DNA of 61,842 nt, counting the filler. It is 7 parts of 7 records of this genome, joined end to end, with 100 filler letters (N's around TTAATTAATTAA, not from the genome) between each part and the next. Parts side by side here need not be neighbours in the genome. Positions count along the whole stretch, not along the records: positions 1 to 17,712 come from SRR31147125_10995; positions 17,813 to 24,432 come from SRR31147125_11026; 5 more parts are not named here. One strand, 5' to 3'. Under the pieces are notes generated by a model. The model made no database searches. It saw only the letters and a list, made by a program, of their open reading frames with translations, and had not been told where the DNA came from. A program made the position numbers and the translations under genes. Of this stretch, positions 11,367 to 21,889 are shown piece by piece. Numbering within the stretch: the first letter of the stretch is position 1; every line of letters begins with the position of its first letter.

Positions 11367-12440
11367 GTGAAGCATTCTAAAATTATTTTTCTTGTTCTTT
11401 TTGTTGCTCTATATGTTTTATCAATATCTCGATTGTGCTTATCCTTCGATCAAGAAAAGGGCTATTCTTTTACAGACAAGGTCGTACTCGCTTATTATTA
11501 TATTTGGTACCAGGAAAGTTACTGGTTAGATGAACGCAAAGTAGATCTCGATGGACTGCATCCGTTACTTGGTGCCTATAATTCCTGGGATCCGTGGGTT
11601 GTTGACAAACATTTGGCACAGATGCATCGGGCCAAAATCGATGCGATCGCTGTATCCTGGGCGTATAGCCCAAAAGAGAAAGGCCAAAATGGGACTCTGG
11701 ATCATATCTATGAAATTGCTCCAAAATACAACCTGAAAGTCACTATAGATTTTGAGCATGGCCAGGGAACTATGGATGAGATTTATAAAGAGCTTTATTA
11801 TTTTTTAAACCGTTATAAAGATCATCCGGCCATGCTGAAAGTGGAAGGCGATCCGGTAGTAATGATTTGGACCGCATGGGCACACACTCCGAAAGAATGG
11901 CAGGACCTGTTTGATAAACTGGAAGAGGCCGGAATCAAATCCTTTCCCATCATGTCCGGAAGCTATACAAATGGCGAGGGCAAAAAATACCTTGGACCAT
12001 TCAGATCTTTGGAAGAATATACTTTGTGTGATATTGAAGATGGTCAATTGGCCTCTTTTATGCAACGCATGAGAAAACTGGTTGATGAATATAATGAAGA
12101 GACCGGTTTCAAGATCGGTAAACCAGCGCAACATCATGCCACCATTTCTCCCGGTTATGATGAAACACGTCAGGTGGGTCGCAAATTCTCAGGAAACGGC
12201 TGGCTTGGAGCAGGGTGGAAAGATCGGGGTAAATTTGGTGTCAACTATCCTGACGATCCGGTAGGCGCTTATTATAAGGGCACATTTGAAGCGGCCATGA
12301 GTTCAAATCCTGATTGGTTACATATTTCAACATTTAATGAATTATATGAATGGAGTCATATCGAGGCAACCGTTGAATTTGGCTACAAATATATTGATTT
12401 AACTGCCAAATTTGTCGAAGAATTCAAGAAAGCAAAATAA
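11367..12440 (+). CDS. GH99/GH71-like glycoside hydrolase (endo-alpha-mannosidase-like), secreted
   Basis: Signal peptide; VLAYYYIWY, PLLGAYNS, ISPGYDE and ISTFNELYE (GH99 catalytic ExxE, compare SFNEWHE). GGAGG RBS. Confidence 0.7.
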   Translation: MKHSKIIFLVLFVALYVLSISRLCLSFDQEKGYSFTDKVVLAYYYIWYQESYWLDERKVDLDGLHPLLGAYNSWDPWVVDKHLAQMHRAKIDAIAVSWAYSPKEKGQNGTLDHIYEIAPKYNLKVTIDFEHGQGTMDEIYKELYYFLNRYKDHPAMLKVEGDPVVMIWTAWAHTPKEWQDLFDKLEEAGIKSFPIMSGSYTNGEGKKYLGPFRSLEEYTLCDIEDGQLASFMQRMRKLVDEYNEETGFKIGKPAQHHATISPGYDETRQVGRKFSGNGWLGAGWKDRGKFGVNYPDDPVGAYYKGTFEAAMSSNPDWLHISTFNELYEWSHIEATVEFGYKYIDLTAKFVEEFKKAK

Positions 12441-12524
12441 TGTTTCAGACCATTAGATTGATTGCTATTATTAATTGTAGCTAAACATAACTATTCTTTT
12501 TTAATCATTTCCAAAGAGGTCCAT

Positions 12525-15000
12525 ATGAAAAGTGGAATCTTTTTACCATTTGTTAAATGCCTGCTTACCTGTATCCTGCTAACCGGAATTTTACCCGGGA
12601 TCTCCAGGGCCTCACAAAAGTGGAATATTGTTATAAATGAAAAGCTCATGCGGGATGAGGCCATCAGGGTCGCTATTGAGGATGTAATAAATGCCGGAAA
12701 CTTATATGATGTTGAGTTTGAAATCAAATCGGACAATAAAAATAGTTCCGGACAAACCATCCTTGTTGGTAACCCACAAAGAAATCAGCAGGTCTCTAAA
12801 CTGGTTGGGAAAAAAATCATTAGTTTGGCAGGTGTTGATGATGAGCAGGGTTATGAAATTATAACTAAAGTTATTAATGGAAACAAAACCGTATTTGTTT
12901 GTGGTGGCTCTGTTATTGGTGATGTCTATGGACTGTATTGGATTTGGGACAGAATTCGGGTTTACAAAGAAATTCCGGAAATCAATGTTAAAAAAGAACC
13001 GGTTTTAAAAATGCGGGTCAACCTTGCCTGGGGACGATGGGGGGAGTGGTGAAACCAAAGAGCAAATGCGAAACGCTCTCAGGTATGGAATGAATTGGGT
13101 GTCCGGGAAACCTGTTTTGGACCTTGTACCCTGGAAGTCGGAACCCGAAAGCACGATCAATAAAGAAAATCGGGATAAAACCAGGGAATTGATAAAATAT
13201 GCCCATTCTCTGCATATGAAGTATTTTAGTTTTGCCAATGAATTTACCTATCATCCGTCTATTCTTGACGAATTCGGTGCAACATTATCTCCGTCAGATC
13301 CCTGTTTTTGGGATGCATTACAAGCCAAGTACAGACGACTTTTTCAGGCTTTACCAGAGTTAGATGGCATTGAGTTGTGTAATGATGACATATCCGGATT
13401 TTGGGATGATTATCGGGGCTTTGATTTAATGCATGAAGGTGAAGGCTGTGATTGGCCATTGGATAAACGCTTTCGTACTTTTGTAAAAAAGATTTCCAAC
13501 GTTGTGGTGAATGAATTTAATAAAGTCTATTTTCATTTTACCTGGAGTCTGACCTCTTATGAACAGCATTACCAGGCAGATGTTTATAAAAAGATCTTTA
13601 CAGATGATGTTCCCGTAAAGAATCTGTATCTGGCGCCTAAAATCACGTCTGGTGATCGCTGGTGGCATCAACCTTATAATCCTACTTTTAATATTACGCC
13701 ACATAACACAATCGTTTGTTTCGAAACAATGAACTACTATGAAAGTTCCAAAGCTCATATTTTCCCTACTTTTCCCGGACAATACTATCAAGCAGGAGTC
13801 GAAACATTCCTCGCGCCACAAGATAATAATCTAAAAGGCGCTGGTTTTCTGGCTAATTCCTCTCCTGATGAATGGAATACAAGATCTGTTACAGCCTATG
13901 TCATCTCTCGCCTGGCGTGGAATCCGAAGGAAGATATGAGAGCTATCGCCAGAGATTTTTGTGCCATTCATTTTGGTGTGGATGCTGCCGATGAAATGGC
14001 AGAGATATATCTACTTTCTCCAGCTGCGTACAAATATGGCCTGCATATCGAACCAGTCTCTTACGGTCAATTCAATTCTTTTATTCATATGAGAGTGGGC
14101 ACATTTCCGGCCATGGGTTATCCGGTTATTGATAATGGCAAAGAACATTTGGAATTTCTACACAAAATTTATCTTCGCTGCCGTCCCTGGAAAGAAGAAA
14201 CCTTACAGGACCTGGATCATGGCGTTTTAAGGGCAGAGACCATGGTGGATAAATTCAGTTCTGTTGAATCCAAAATTCATAATACGGTTTTAGCTGAAAA
14301 GCTAAAGAACTCAATAGAGATGACTCGTCTTCTTATTAAAACGAATAATCTTTATGTAAAGACAGCCTTTGCTTATTTCCAATACAGCGAGGATCCAACT
14401 GAAGAAAATAAAAATAATCTTGCTGACACGTTTGCGCAATTAAAACAAACACGACTCGATTTTATGAATGCTCCCGGTTATGGGTACCAGCTTTTTGGCG
14501 TCAATCAACTTTTAGATAATGCCGAACAGGCACTGGATGATTTAAACAATGCTAAGGATCGGTTACGCCAGGCCCCTGACCGAAAAAAAATTGAAGAGAC
14601 AATTGCTTCACAACAAGAGATCTATGCCAGGATACTGACAGAACACTCAAAAGACGCTACTAAACTTTTACATATGGAAACAGAAATTGATGGTCGCGAT
14701 ATCCTTCATATTAAAGGTGATAACTATAATATTGAACATCTGCGTTGGGATCCGCCCACGATAAAATCAGCTCAATTTTTTGCGGCCTTACCTGATAAAG
14801 AAGTTACAGTAATACCAAAGGATATTGATTCCAGACCAATGCATCCATTTATTCTGGAACAACCCTGCAAAGAAAATAATTATACAGCCAGGATTTATCT
14901 GTATGATGCACCTGGAGGAAAGGGCGTATGCTATTTCGATTTATATTACATAGAAAAATCTCCTAAAGAGTTGGGGTTGGTCATTCCATGGGGGAAATGA
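12525..15000 (+). CDS. Secreted glycoside-hydrolase-like protein, paralog of 8785-11246; apparent frameshift at G6 13039-13044
   Basis: ORFs 12525-13052 and 13024-15000 together align end to end with the upstream paralog (ALRYG, DLVPW, HQPYNPTFN, FPTFPGQYYQAG, DGRD...EHLR, DLYYI). Confidence 0.7.
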
Positions 15001-15116
15001 TAATATCTCTGAATTTTTTGTGATAAATATAAATGCCTCAGGTTAATCAATTCAATAAATGTGTGGTCGCACAATAGAATGGACGGAAAAAAACAAATTA
15101 TGGTGAGGAATGGAAA

Positions 15117-17453
15117 ATGAAACGATTATTAATTTTACTATGTATTTTGCTTAATGTTTTTGTCGTGCAGGCTAAAAATATTCTTGCAACATTTGACGTA
15201 AACAAATCGGGTTCTCAGCAGATAAAACTTGTTGAAGATAAAGAAACTCCTTATATGAGAAACCGCGTTGATGGAAAAGTTGTTCTTTCTCCACAGGAGA
15301 GTTCAAACTATTATCAAGTTCCGGGTCTTTCTTTTCGAGTTGAAACATCGATTCCAACAAATGTGGATGATCTGTATTTAGTGATTGATCACATGGACCA
15401 GAATTTGGGATACATGGAAGTCTCTTTTGACGCTACACTTCCTGAAGATTCAAGGCCAAATCCGGCTTATACGAAGGTGAATGAATCCGTCGGATATACT
15501 TGTCTGGGAACCGGAAAATCAAGAAAAGCCATTTTTCGTTTGGAAAAGCCGACTTTTCAGCATAAACAAAAGTCTGGTGCTGACATTACGATCCGCGGAG
15601 TGAATTCAGTGACCAAATTGACTCTGAAAAAAACATTAAAAAAGAATGAATGGAAAAAAGTCGCTGATAATATACCCACAGATGTCACAGAAAAAGTAAA
15701 CCTTTCACGCCCTTTGCAGTTAGTCATGTCTGCCGGTGCACGTGTAAAAAAATATGAAGATTTGCCAAAGGCGTTAAGTTCGATGAATGAACTGTGCCCA
15801 TTGCTTAAAATCCTTGGCTTTAATGCTGTTGAAGATTATGTCAAATGGAATTTTGTCGAGATGGAAAAAGGAATTTTCAATTGGAGTCATTATGATGCAA
15901 TTGCCAACAAGGCTCAGGATTATGGGCTGAAATGGTTTCCTCTTCTCATTGTCGGCTCCTCTTATGCGTTGCCGGAATGGTATCATGATTCGCCCGACAA
16001 CATAGGTTTTGTATGTCTCGAGCACAATAAAACCAATAATATCCAGTCCATTTTTTACGATAATCAGATTCCCTATGTAAAGGCTTTTTTAAATGAATTT
16101 GGTAAACATTACGAACCTATGGGCGTATGCCAGGGGATTCGTCTGGGACCCAGTGGTAATTTCGGTGAATCTCAGTACCCGGCCGGTGGTAATTGGGGTT
16201 ATAAATGGAAACGGGAACATATTCATATCGGCTGGTGGGCCGGAGATTCAATGGCATCTGTAAAATTTTCTGAATCTTTACAGAATAAATACACAAACAT
16301 TGATGCCTTGAACAAAGCCTGGAACGAAAATTATGTTTCTTTTAAAGATATTAAAACATTTTATCCTCAATTTTCAGAATCTGATAGAAAACGTAAAGAT
16401 TTTGTTGATTGGTATATGCAGGCAATGACAGACTGGTGTGAGGACTGGGCTGTATGGGGTCGTCAGGGCATGCCAAATACCGATATCTATGAATCATCAG
16501 GTGGATGGGGTTTTGTTGAATCCGGCACAGATTTTACAGATCAGACCATCAGCATGAAAAAAATCAATGGCGGTATTCGTGCCACCAATGAGACAGACAG
16601 TTATGTGCAGAATTTTTATGCAACACGAATGTTGTCATCATCCGCCCGTTTCTACGGCGTACCCTTTGGGACAGAGCCTGCCAGTTCCGGATCAGCTAAA
16701 GGTGTAGCCGGACGTATCTATAATATCCTGGTGAATAATGGCCAACATTTATTTTTCTATTATCGAAATATTTTGCAAATGAATAAGGGCATTGAAAAAT
16801 GGTTGGAACTCTTACCTCTGCTTGATCAGAGAGACGATCCTCTTATTGAAGTGGCTACGCTTTATCCGGACACGAAATCCAAGATCGATGATGGTGTGTT
16901 CCGAAATTTATATTCTTTTCCTTTTAATGACCGCGTTGCTGCCCTTCGGCAGCATTTGGATTTTGATTTTTGCAGTGAGCGTATGGTTCTGGACAATGCC
17001 CTGGAACAATATAAAGTTCTGGTGTTTTTGTGGAGTAATGTGGTTGAAGCAGATGTACTGAAAAAAATCGACGAGTGGGTGCAAAACGGTGGTATTATTA
17101 TCTATCCCTACAGCAAAAAATTGCCATTACGTACGATCGAAGGTGATTATTCAATTTTTTATAAATGGCAACGTGGAGAAACCGGAAATGGTCAGGTGAT
17201 TTTTGATTATGGTGAACGAGAACCATCAGAACGTTATGCTCGTTTTGTGAAAAAACAGTTACTCAACATGCCTAAACTCGCTCCGGAAACGAGACGTATG
17301 CTTTTGGTTGAAAAACCGTTTAACGTTTTTGTCAGTGTATTAAAAAATGGAAAAATGGCATTGTTAAATTATAATGATGATCCGGTTACAGTAACCATTC
17401 CGGATAAAGGTGATGTTGTTTTACAACCATATGATATAAAATTAATTCCTTGA
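15117..17453 (+). CDS. Secreted GH42/GH14-like glycoside hydrolase
   Basis: Signal peptide; YVKWNFVE..KG.FNWS.YD, LPEW, RLGPSGNFGESQYP (beta-amylase/GH42-like LGP.GE..YP) and KY..IDALNKAW. Confidence 0.65.
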   Translation: MKRLLILLCILLNVFVVQAKNILATFDVNKSGSQQIKLVEDKETPYMRNRVDGKVVLSPQESSNYYQVPGLSFRVETSIPTNVDDLYLVIDHMDQNLGYMEVSFDATLPEDSRPNPAYTKVNESVGYTCLGTGKSRKAIFRLEKPTFQHKQKSGADITIRGVNSVTKLTLKKTLKKNEWKKVADNIPTDVTEKVNLSRPLQLVMSAGARVKKYEDLPKALSSMNELCPLLKILGFNAVEDYVKWNFVEMEKGIFNWSHYDAIANKAQDYGLKWFPLLIVGSSYALPEWYHDSPDNIGFVCLEHNKTNNIQSIFYDNQIPYVKAFLNEFGKHYEPMGVCQGIRLGPSGNFGESQYPAGGNWGYKWKREHIHIGWWAGDSMASVKFSESLQNKYTNIDALNKAWNENYVSFKDIKTFYPQFSESDRKRKDFVDWYMQAMTDWCEDWAVWGRQGMPNTDIYESSGGWGFVESGTDFTDQTISMKKINGGIRATNETDSYVQNFYATRMLSSSARFYGVPFGTEPASSGSAKGVAGRIYNILVNNGQHLFFYYRNILQMNKGIEKWLELLPLLDQRDDPLIEVATLYPDTKSKIDDGVFRNLYSFPFNDRVAALRQHLDFDFCSERMVLDNALEQYKVLVFLWSNVVEADVLKKIDEWVQNGGIIIYPYSKKLPLRTIEGDYSIFYKWQRGETGNGQVIFDYGEREPSERYARFVKKQLLNMPKLAPETRRMLLVEKPFNVFVSVLKNGKMALLNYNDDPVTVTIPDKGDVVLQPYDIKLIP

Positions 17454-17514
17454 CGTATGTAGAAAAAATCATTAAAAACTCGTATAGATGGCATTTAACA
17501 AAGGAAAAGGTCTG

Positions 17515-17712
17515 ATGAACAAACAAAAAATAGTTCAAATCATATTTATTGTACTAATACTGTTCATACAGGATATTTTATCACAAGATATTTCAAATAA
17601 TGATAAAGATCCACAAAATATTGATATGACCTTTGATCCGATTGTGCCCTTTAACCTTTTGGAATCCAAAGAAGATGAATTGTTGGATGATTTAATTCGT
17701 CTGAAAAAAGAA
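17515..17712 (+). CDS. Secreted protein, 3' truncated by contig end
   Basis: Signal-peptide-like MNKQKIVQIIFIVLILFIQ; the frame is open into the N linker. Confidence 0.55.
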
Positions 17713-17812
17713 NNNNNNNNNNNNNNNNNNNNNNNNNNNNNNNNNNNNNNNNNNNNTTAATTAATTAANNNNNNNNNNNNNNNNNNNNNNNNNNNNNNNN
17801 NNNNNNNNNNNN
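17713..17812. other. Artificial contig linker N44-TTAATTAATTAA-N44
   Basis: An identical 100-nt spacer with stops in all six frames occurs six times. Confidence 0.98.
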
Positions 17813-19997
17813 TTTTTATGAGCCATAAAGTTTGAACAAAAGTTGCTTTAACCCTGTTTGCTGCATTTTTATCGTTGGGATTAATTTCCATTCCCCATTT
17901 AATATTGGTAGTATATTTAAATTTATCAAAGCTCGTTTTATCAATATAATAGCCAACATTTATGTTACCAAAAACATCTATTTTTTGAGAAGATGAAAAA
18001 TCATCACTCTCGCAAACAGCTGTTCTCAATGGATATTCGTAATCATAATCCTCACCAATTAGCGTTGGAACAAATTCATTGCCTCTCAATATTACAAAGT
18101 CTCTATCTTCTAAATAGTCATAAATATTAGAATCAAAACTATCTTCTATATTTTTCAGGTCCAAATTTCTTTTATGAAAACTGACTACTTGAGTATCATT
18201 CAATCCTATTTCGAATGATTTAATTTCAGACCCAACAGATGTGATATAAGCAATATGAGTATTTGAAGTTCCGAAATCAATTCCAAAATAGAATTTAGCA
18301 GAGCTCTTCTTAAGCTCTATTTGTTTGAATCCGGGTAGAATCAGCCCCTTGACCGATGTATTTTCATATCCTACCTGAATCATATCAAATAATTCATTTA
18401 TTCCATAATATAATGAACCTTGGTACTCATTTAAATTTGTTCTCTCTTTGGTTGTTACTATACAAGTTTGTTTTTTTATAACATTTTCAAATTTATAAAA
18501 CTGATATTCAGGAACACCTTCCATTCCTTTTACAACATTTATTTTGTATTTGTTCACCTCGGGTTTATCAACAACCTGGTAAAATGGAAAGATATTCATT
18601 GTCCAACCAATAAAATGCTTATTGTTTTTTACTACATCTTTTTGCAAATCATACGCTTTACTAATTTCCAATGTAGTCTTTCGGGCTGGAATTTTTAATT
18701 TGTAGATTATCTCCGTGTCATTTATTATTATTGACAAATTCTTTTTTAAATCTTTTGATGTGAAATAGTTAAAATATTCTTTTTTTATTGGCAATAAATA
18801 AAATATATCGTCATTCGTTCCACAAAAGAAATTTTCGTTATTAAGCGGATATGGTGTTTTTATAAGTTTTTCTTCGAAAAAATCACCAACTGTTAGGTAT
18901 GGATAAGTTATTTGCTGGTCGCCAGGCAGCTTACGAAGATGTAATGGAGTCTGTGGTATATCGGGAACTTGTGTTGACGGGTCCCATTTTGTTAGTAAAT
19001 ACTTTAAATTGTCATTATATCCCTGAATAAGAACGAGTGGATTTTTAAGTTTTATTTTATTGCCGTTATATGAATAATTCTTGTAATGTTTTACCGTTGG
19101 TTTTATTACAAAATCACTTGTTTTTTCCGGATCAAACCCACCATACATTGTATATAACTTAATTCCTCCGCTTTTAATATGCGCAGGACTACCAAGTTTT
19201 TCTTCTATGGGTGAATATTCATCATTAAATTTTGCTTCATCGTAGTTTTCAAGGGTGTCTCTTAACAAGGAACTAAAATCAATCCCCTGTTTTTCAGCAC
19301 TTAATCGGATATATTCTGAAAATGCATTTGAATTCTGATAAATACTATTTCTGTTAATGTGTTTCAATTTATGAAGGAAAATCTGGAACTCCATATCCCT
19401 TCTGTGTAATGGAGTTGCATTTAATGAAAAGTACTGTTTTGCTTTAGGACTTTTTAATACAATTCCTTTTTCATTCATTAGCCTCACCCAATTTGGAGTT
19501 GTGAAAAGGATCGTGTAAGGAGAAGTTCCACCTACAAGCATACCTTTGTAATATATCATGTATATTTCCCGGTAATCTCTCCATTCTTCAGAATCAAAAT
19601 AAATCCCCAGTGTTTGTGCCAGTATCTTTTGTGAGTCTGCTTTTCTAGGAGAACGAAAATTTTTAAGTCTTTCTCCAATGTTCCATTTTCTGTAGATAAT
19701 CTGAGGATCTGCTCCATGATAAAAGAGGTATTCAAAAAGGTCGAGACAGTGTGAAACGAGCTGGTGATAAACTGTATTGCCACTATGGTTGTTATTGACC
19801 ATCTTAAAGGCAGTTTCGAACAATTGCATCCGTGCAAAAGGATTTGGTATCGATGTGGCAATTTTGGCCGGACTATCTTTTAATAATGTGTCCGTCATTG
19901 TATTTATTGCATCTGCATCAATTTTTTTCGAACGTTCCCAATCTTTTAATATGGAGCTTCCTGTTGTATGCTTTCTAAAAATATATCCGTTACTCAT
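17813..19997 (-). CDS. Large protein with an actin/Hsp70-like ATPase-fold motif (3' truncated by contig end)
   Basis: Likely start MSNGYIFRKH at 19997, 10 nt after the tubulin-like gene stop. N-terminal ATSIPNPFAR and GGTSPYT motifs; YFGIDFGTSNTHIAY matches the Hsp70/actin phosphate-1 loop. Confidence 0.7.
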
Positions 19998-20007
19998 GAT
20001 TAATATT

Positions 20008-21465
20008 TTATGATGGTAGAACTTCAATTCTTTTGTTAAACGCTGATACACAGCTTTCCCATGTCATCCTTAAAAATTGCTCCTCGGGGGCATCTATTTC
20101 CTTTTTCATCAACTCTCTTTGACTTTTAGTCATTGCGGATGTAAAGAAGTCACGTCCGAAACTTTTATCCAGTCCTTTAATAGTTTTGTTGAAAATAATT
20201 TTATTAAAAGTTGAATCAAGATTAAAAGGTAAAAATCCTCTTGAATTTTCACCAAGTTCTTTCATCCATTTATAAAAATGATTACTTAAAAATTCATCCA
20301 TGTTTTTGAAAAAAGGATCTTCATCTTTACGTTTTTTCAAATCGAGTTCTTGTACAAAATCTTTTTCAATATTTTGCGGGATGTGCATAGACCATAATTT
20401 ATAAAATAATGAAAGGTACGTTAAGTTGTGGAAATATTTTTTGTTTGTTTTCTCATAAAAATTAGGGAATGTTAGTCTACTAGCCTCTTCCTTTATCCCA
20501 AATTCGTAATAGTTGGTAATTCCAGGCTGAAAATCGTTATTCTCTTTATTAATAAAATGTATAACACTTAAAGAAGCTAATAATTCAATGACATGTGCCT
20601 TATTTGTCTGTTCTTCTCCTCCTTCATTGTTTTCATACGCATCATCACCAGGTGAATCGCCAATGTAATAGATATCGTTTACTTTACCATCCATGGTGTT
20701 TTCGTAATACGATAAGGCTGCTTTTGTTTTTGAGATAAAGTTCTTAGAGTCGATCGCACTGTTCGAGTCTTCTTTTATGTTAAAATAGGGAGCAACAGGT
20801 ACTGCTCCGATAACCGAATCCCTTATATAGTTATGATTACTCGCGCGAATATTTTCTACGAGTTGTGGAAATCCTGCAGAACCAGTTCCTCCAAAAATTG
20901 ATGATAAAATAAAAATTCTATCGCCTTCGGTAAATACGTCGAGAAAGTATTTGTATTCAGGAGTATTAATAAGGTCATTAAAAACCACACTGCCAACATT
21001 AGGATTTCCCTTAAATCCTTTTGTTAGCCTAAGGTTCAACTCTGTTTTCGGGTTATCCTCCGGGGAGTCATCATATAAGAGTTTTAAAAAGTCCTGATCA
21101 ATACTATCCATATTCCCTCCTTCAAGATACTTGAAGAAAGTATCATTTACATCACCAAACTCAAGGTTAAATTGATCTTTTATCTGCCCTTCTGTGTTAT
21201 TTTGATTGTTAGCTGCTAATGTCACAAGTTCAGCATTAAAGAAACCTTCTTCGTAATCATTCAAGTAAGCCTTACTTCTGATATTACGATATAACTCCAT
21301 TGCCTTTAATGTCCTTACCGTATCTCCATTTTGTATATCAAGATCGATTATTACTGGAATAATTTTCACATCTCTGGGGATTTCAACTCCTGATGCCAAT
21401 AACATTGTAAGTGATCTCAGAATCCTAGATCCTGTTCCACCAATTCCAAAAACAAATACTTTCAT
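20008..21465 (-). CDS. Divergent FtsZ/tubulin-like GTPase (Tubulin_2 / FtsZ-like family), not canonical FtsZ
   Basis: N-terminal FGIGGTGSR, T3-like GFKGNPNVG and tubulin-signature-like SIFGGTGSAG. No NxDFAD T7 loop or FtsZ C-terminal peptide is visible. Confidence 0.85.
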   Translation of the reverse strand: MKVFVFGIGGTGSRILRSLTMLLASGVEIPRDVKIIPVIIDLDIQNGDTVRTLKAMELYRNIRSKAYLNDYEEGFFNAELVTLAANNQNNTEGQIKDQFNLEFGDVNDTFFKYLEGGNMDSIDQDFLKLLYDDSPEDNPKTELNLRLTKGFKGNPNVGSVVFNDLINTPEYKYFLDVFTEGDRIFILSSIFGGTGSAGFPQLVENIRASNHNYIRDSVIGAVPVAPYFNIKEDSNSAIDSKNFISKTKAALSYYENTMDGKVNDIYYIGDSPGDDAYENNEGGEEQTNKAHVIELLASLSVIHFINKENNDFQPGITNYYEFGIKEEASRLTFPNFYEKTNKKYFHNLTYLSLFYKLWSMHIPQNIEKDFVQELDLKKRKDEDPFFKNMDEFLSNHFYKWMKELGENSRGFLPFNLDSTFNKIIFNKTIKGLDKSFGRDFFTSAMTKSQRELMKKEIDAPEEQFLRMTWESCVSAFNKRIEVLPS

Positions 21466-21478
21466 AATTTTTTAGTTT

Positions 21479-21883
21479 TTACCAAGGTGTGTTATGCGCA
21501 TATAGAGTAAAAACTTTGCGCTTAAATAAAATCGAACATAAAAAATAAAAAAGGCATGAATACATAAATACAGATACAGCCAAAAGCCATCCATCACTTT
21601 TAATTGCATCAAAAGGATATAAAATATTCTTAACCCTAACTAGGGCAACAATAAAACTTATTATTCCAAAGGTTAACATATTTACAATCCACCATTGTTT
21701 CCCACTAAAGTTTGGAGTCACCCTGTTTATAACCGAATAAAAGAATAGTGCCCCAATTGCAGAAATACTCAACATAAAAATTGATATTAACGGGAAAACA
21801 TTATCTAAAAACTCAATATCGTGATCAAGATAATTGTAATCCATCACTACCAGAAAATAAAGCTTTTCGAATAAATCATCCAT
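21479..21883 (-). CDS. Small integral membrane protein (about 3 TM helices)
   Basis: Three hydrophobic segments; tightly packed in the operon (6 and 13 nt gaps). Confidence 0.75.
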   Translation of the reverse strand: MDDLFEKLYFLVVMDYNYLDHDIEFLDNVFPLISIFMLSISAIGALFFYSVINRVTPNFSGKQWWIVNMLTFGIISFIVALVRVKNILYPFDAIKSDGWLLAVSVFMYSCLFYFLCSILFKRKVFTLYAHNTPW

Positions 21884-21889
21884 GACAAA

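Noticed and set aside
8785-15000. Treating the split ORFs as pseudogenes or separate small genes
   Set aside because: Each has one indel at a homopolymer, the paralogs break at different places, and the sequences are otherwise intact.
17757-17768. Repeated TTAATTAATTAA palindrome as a biological repeat
   Set aside because: It is always centred in N44 flanks and is an assembly spacer with stops in all frames.
20008-21465. Calling the GTPase ftsZ
   Set aside because: It lacks the T7 NxDFAD loop and the C-terminal peptide, and there is no dcw cluster context.
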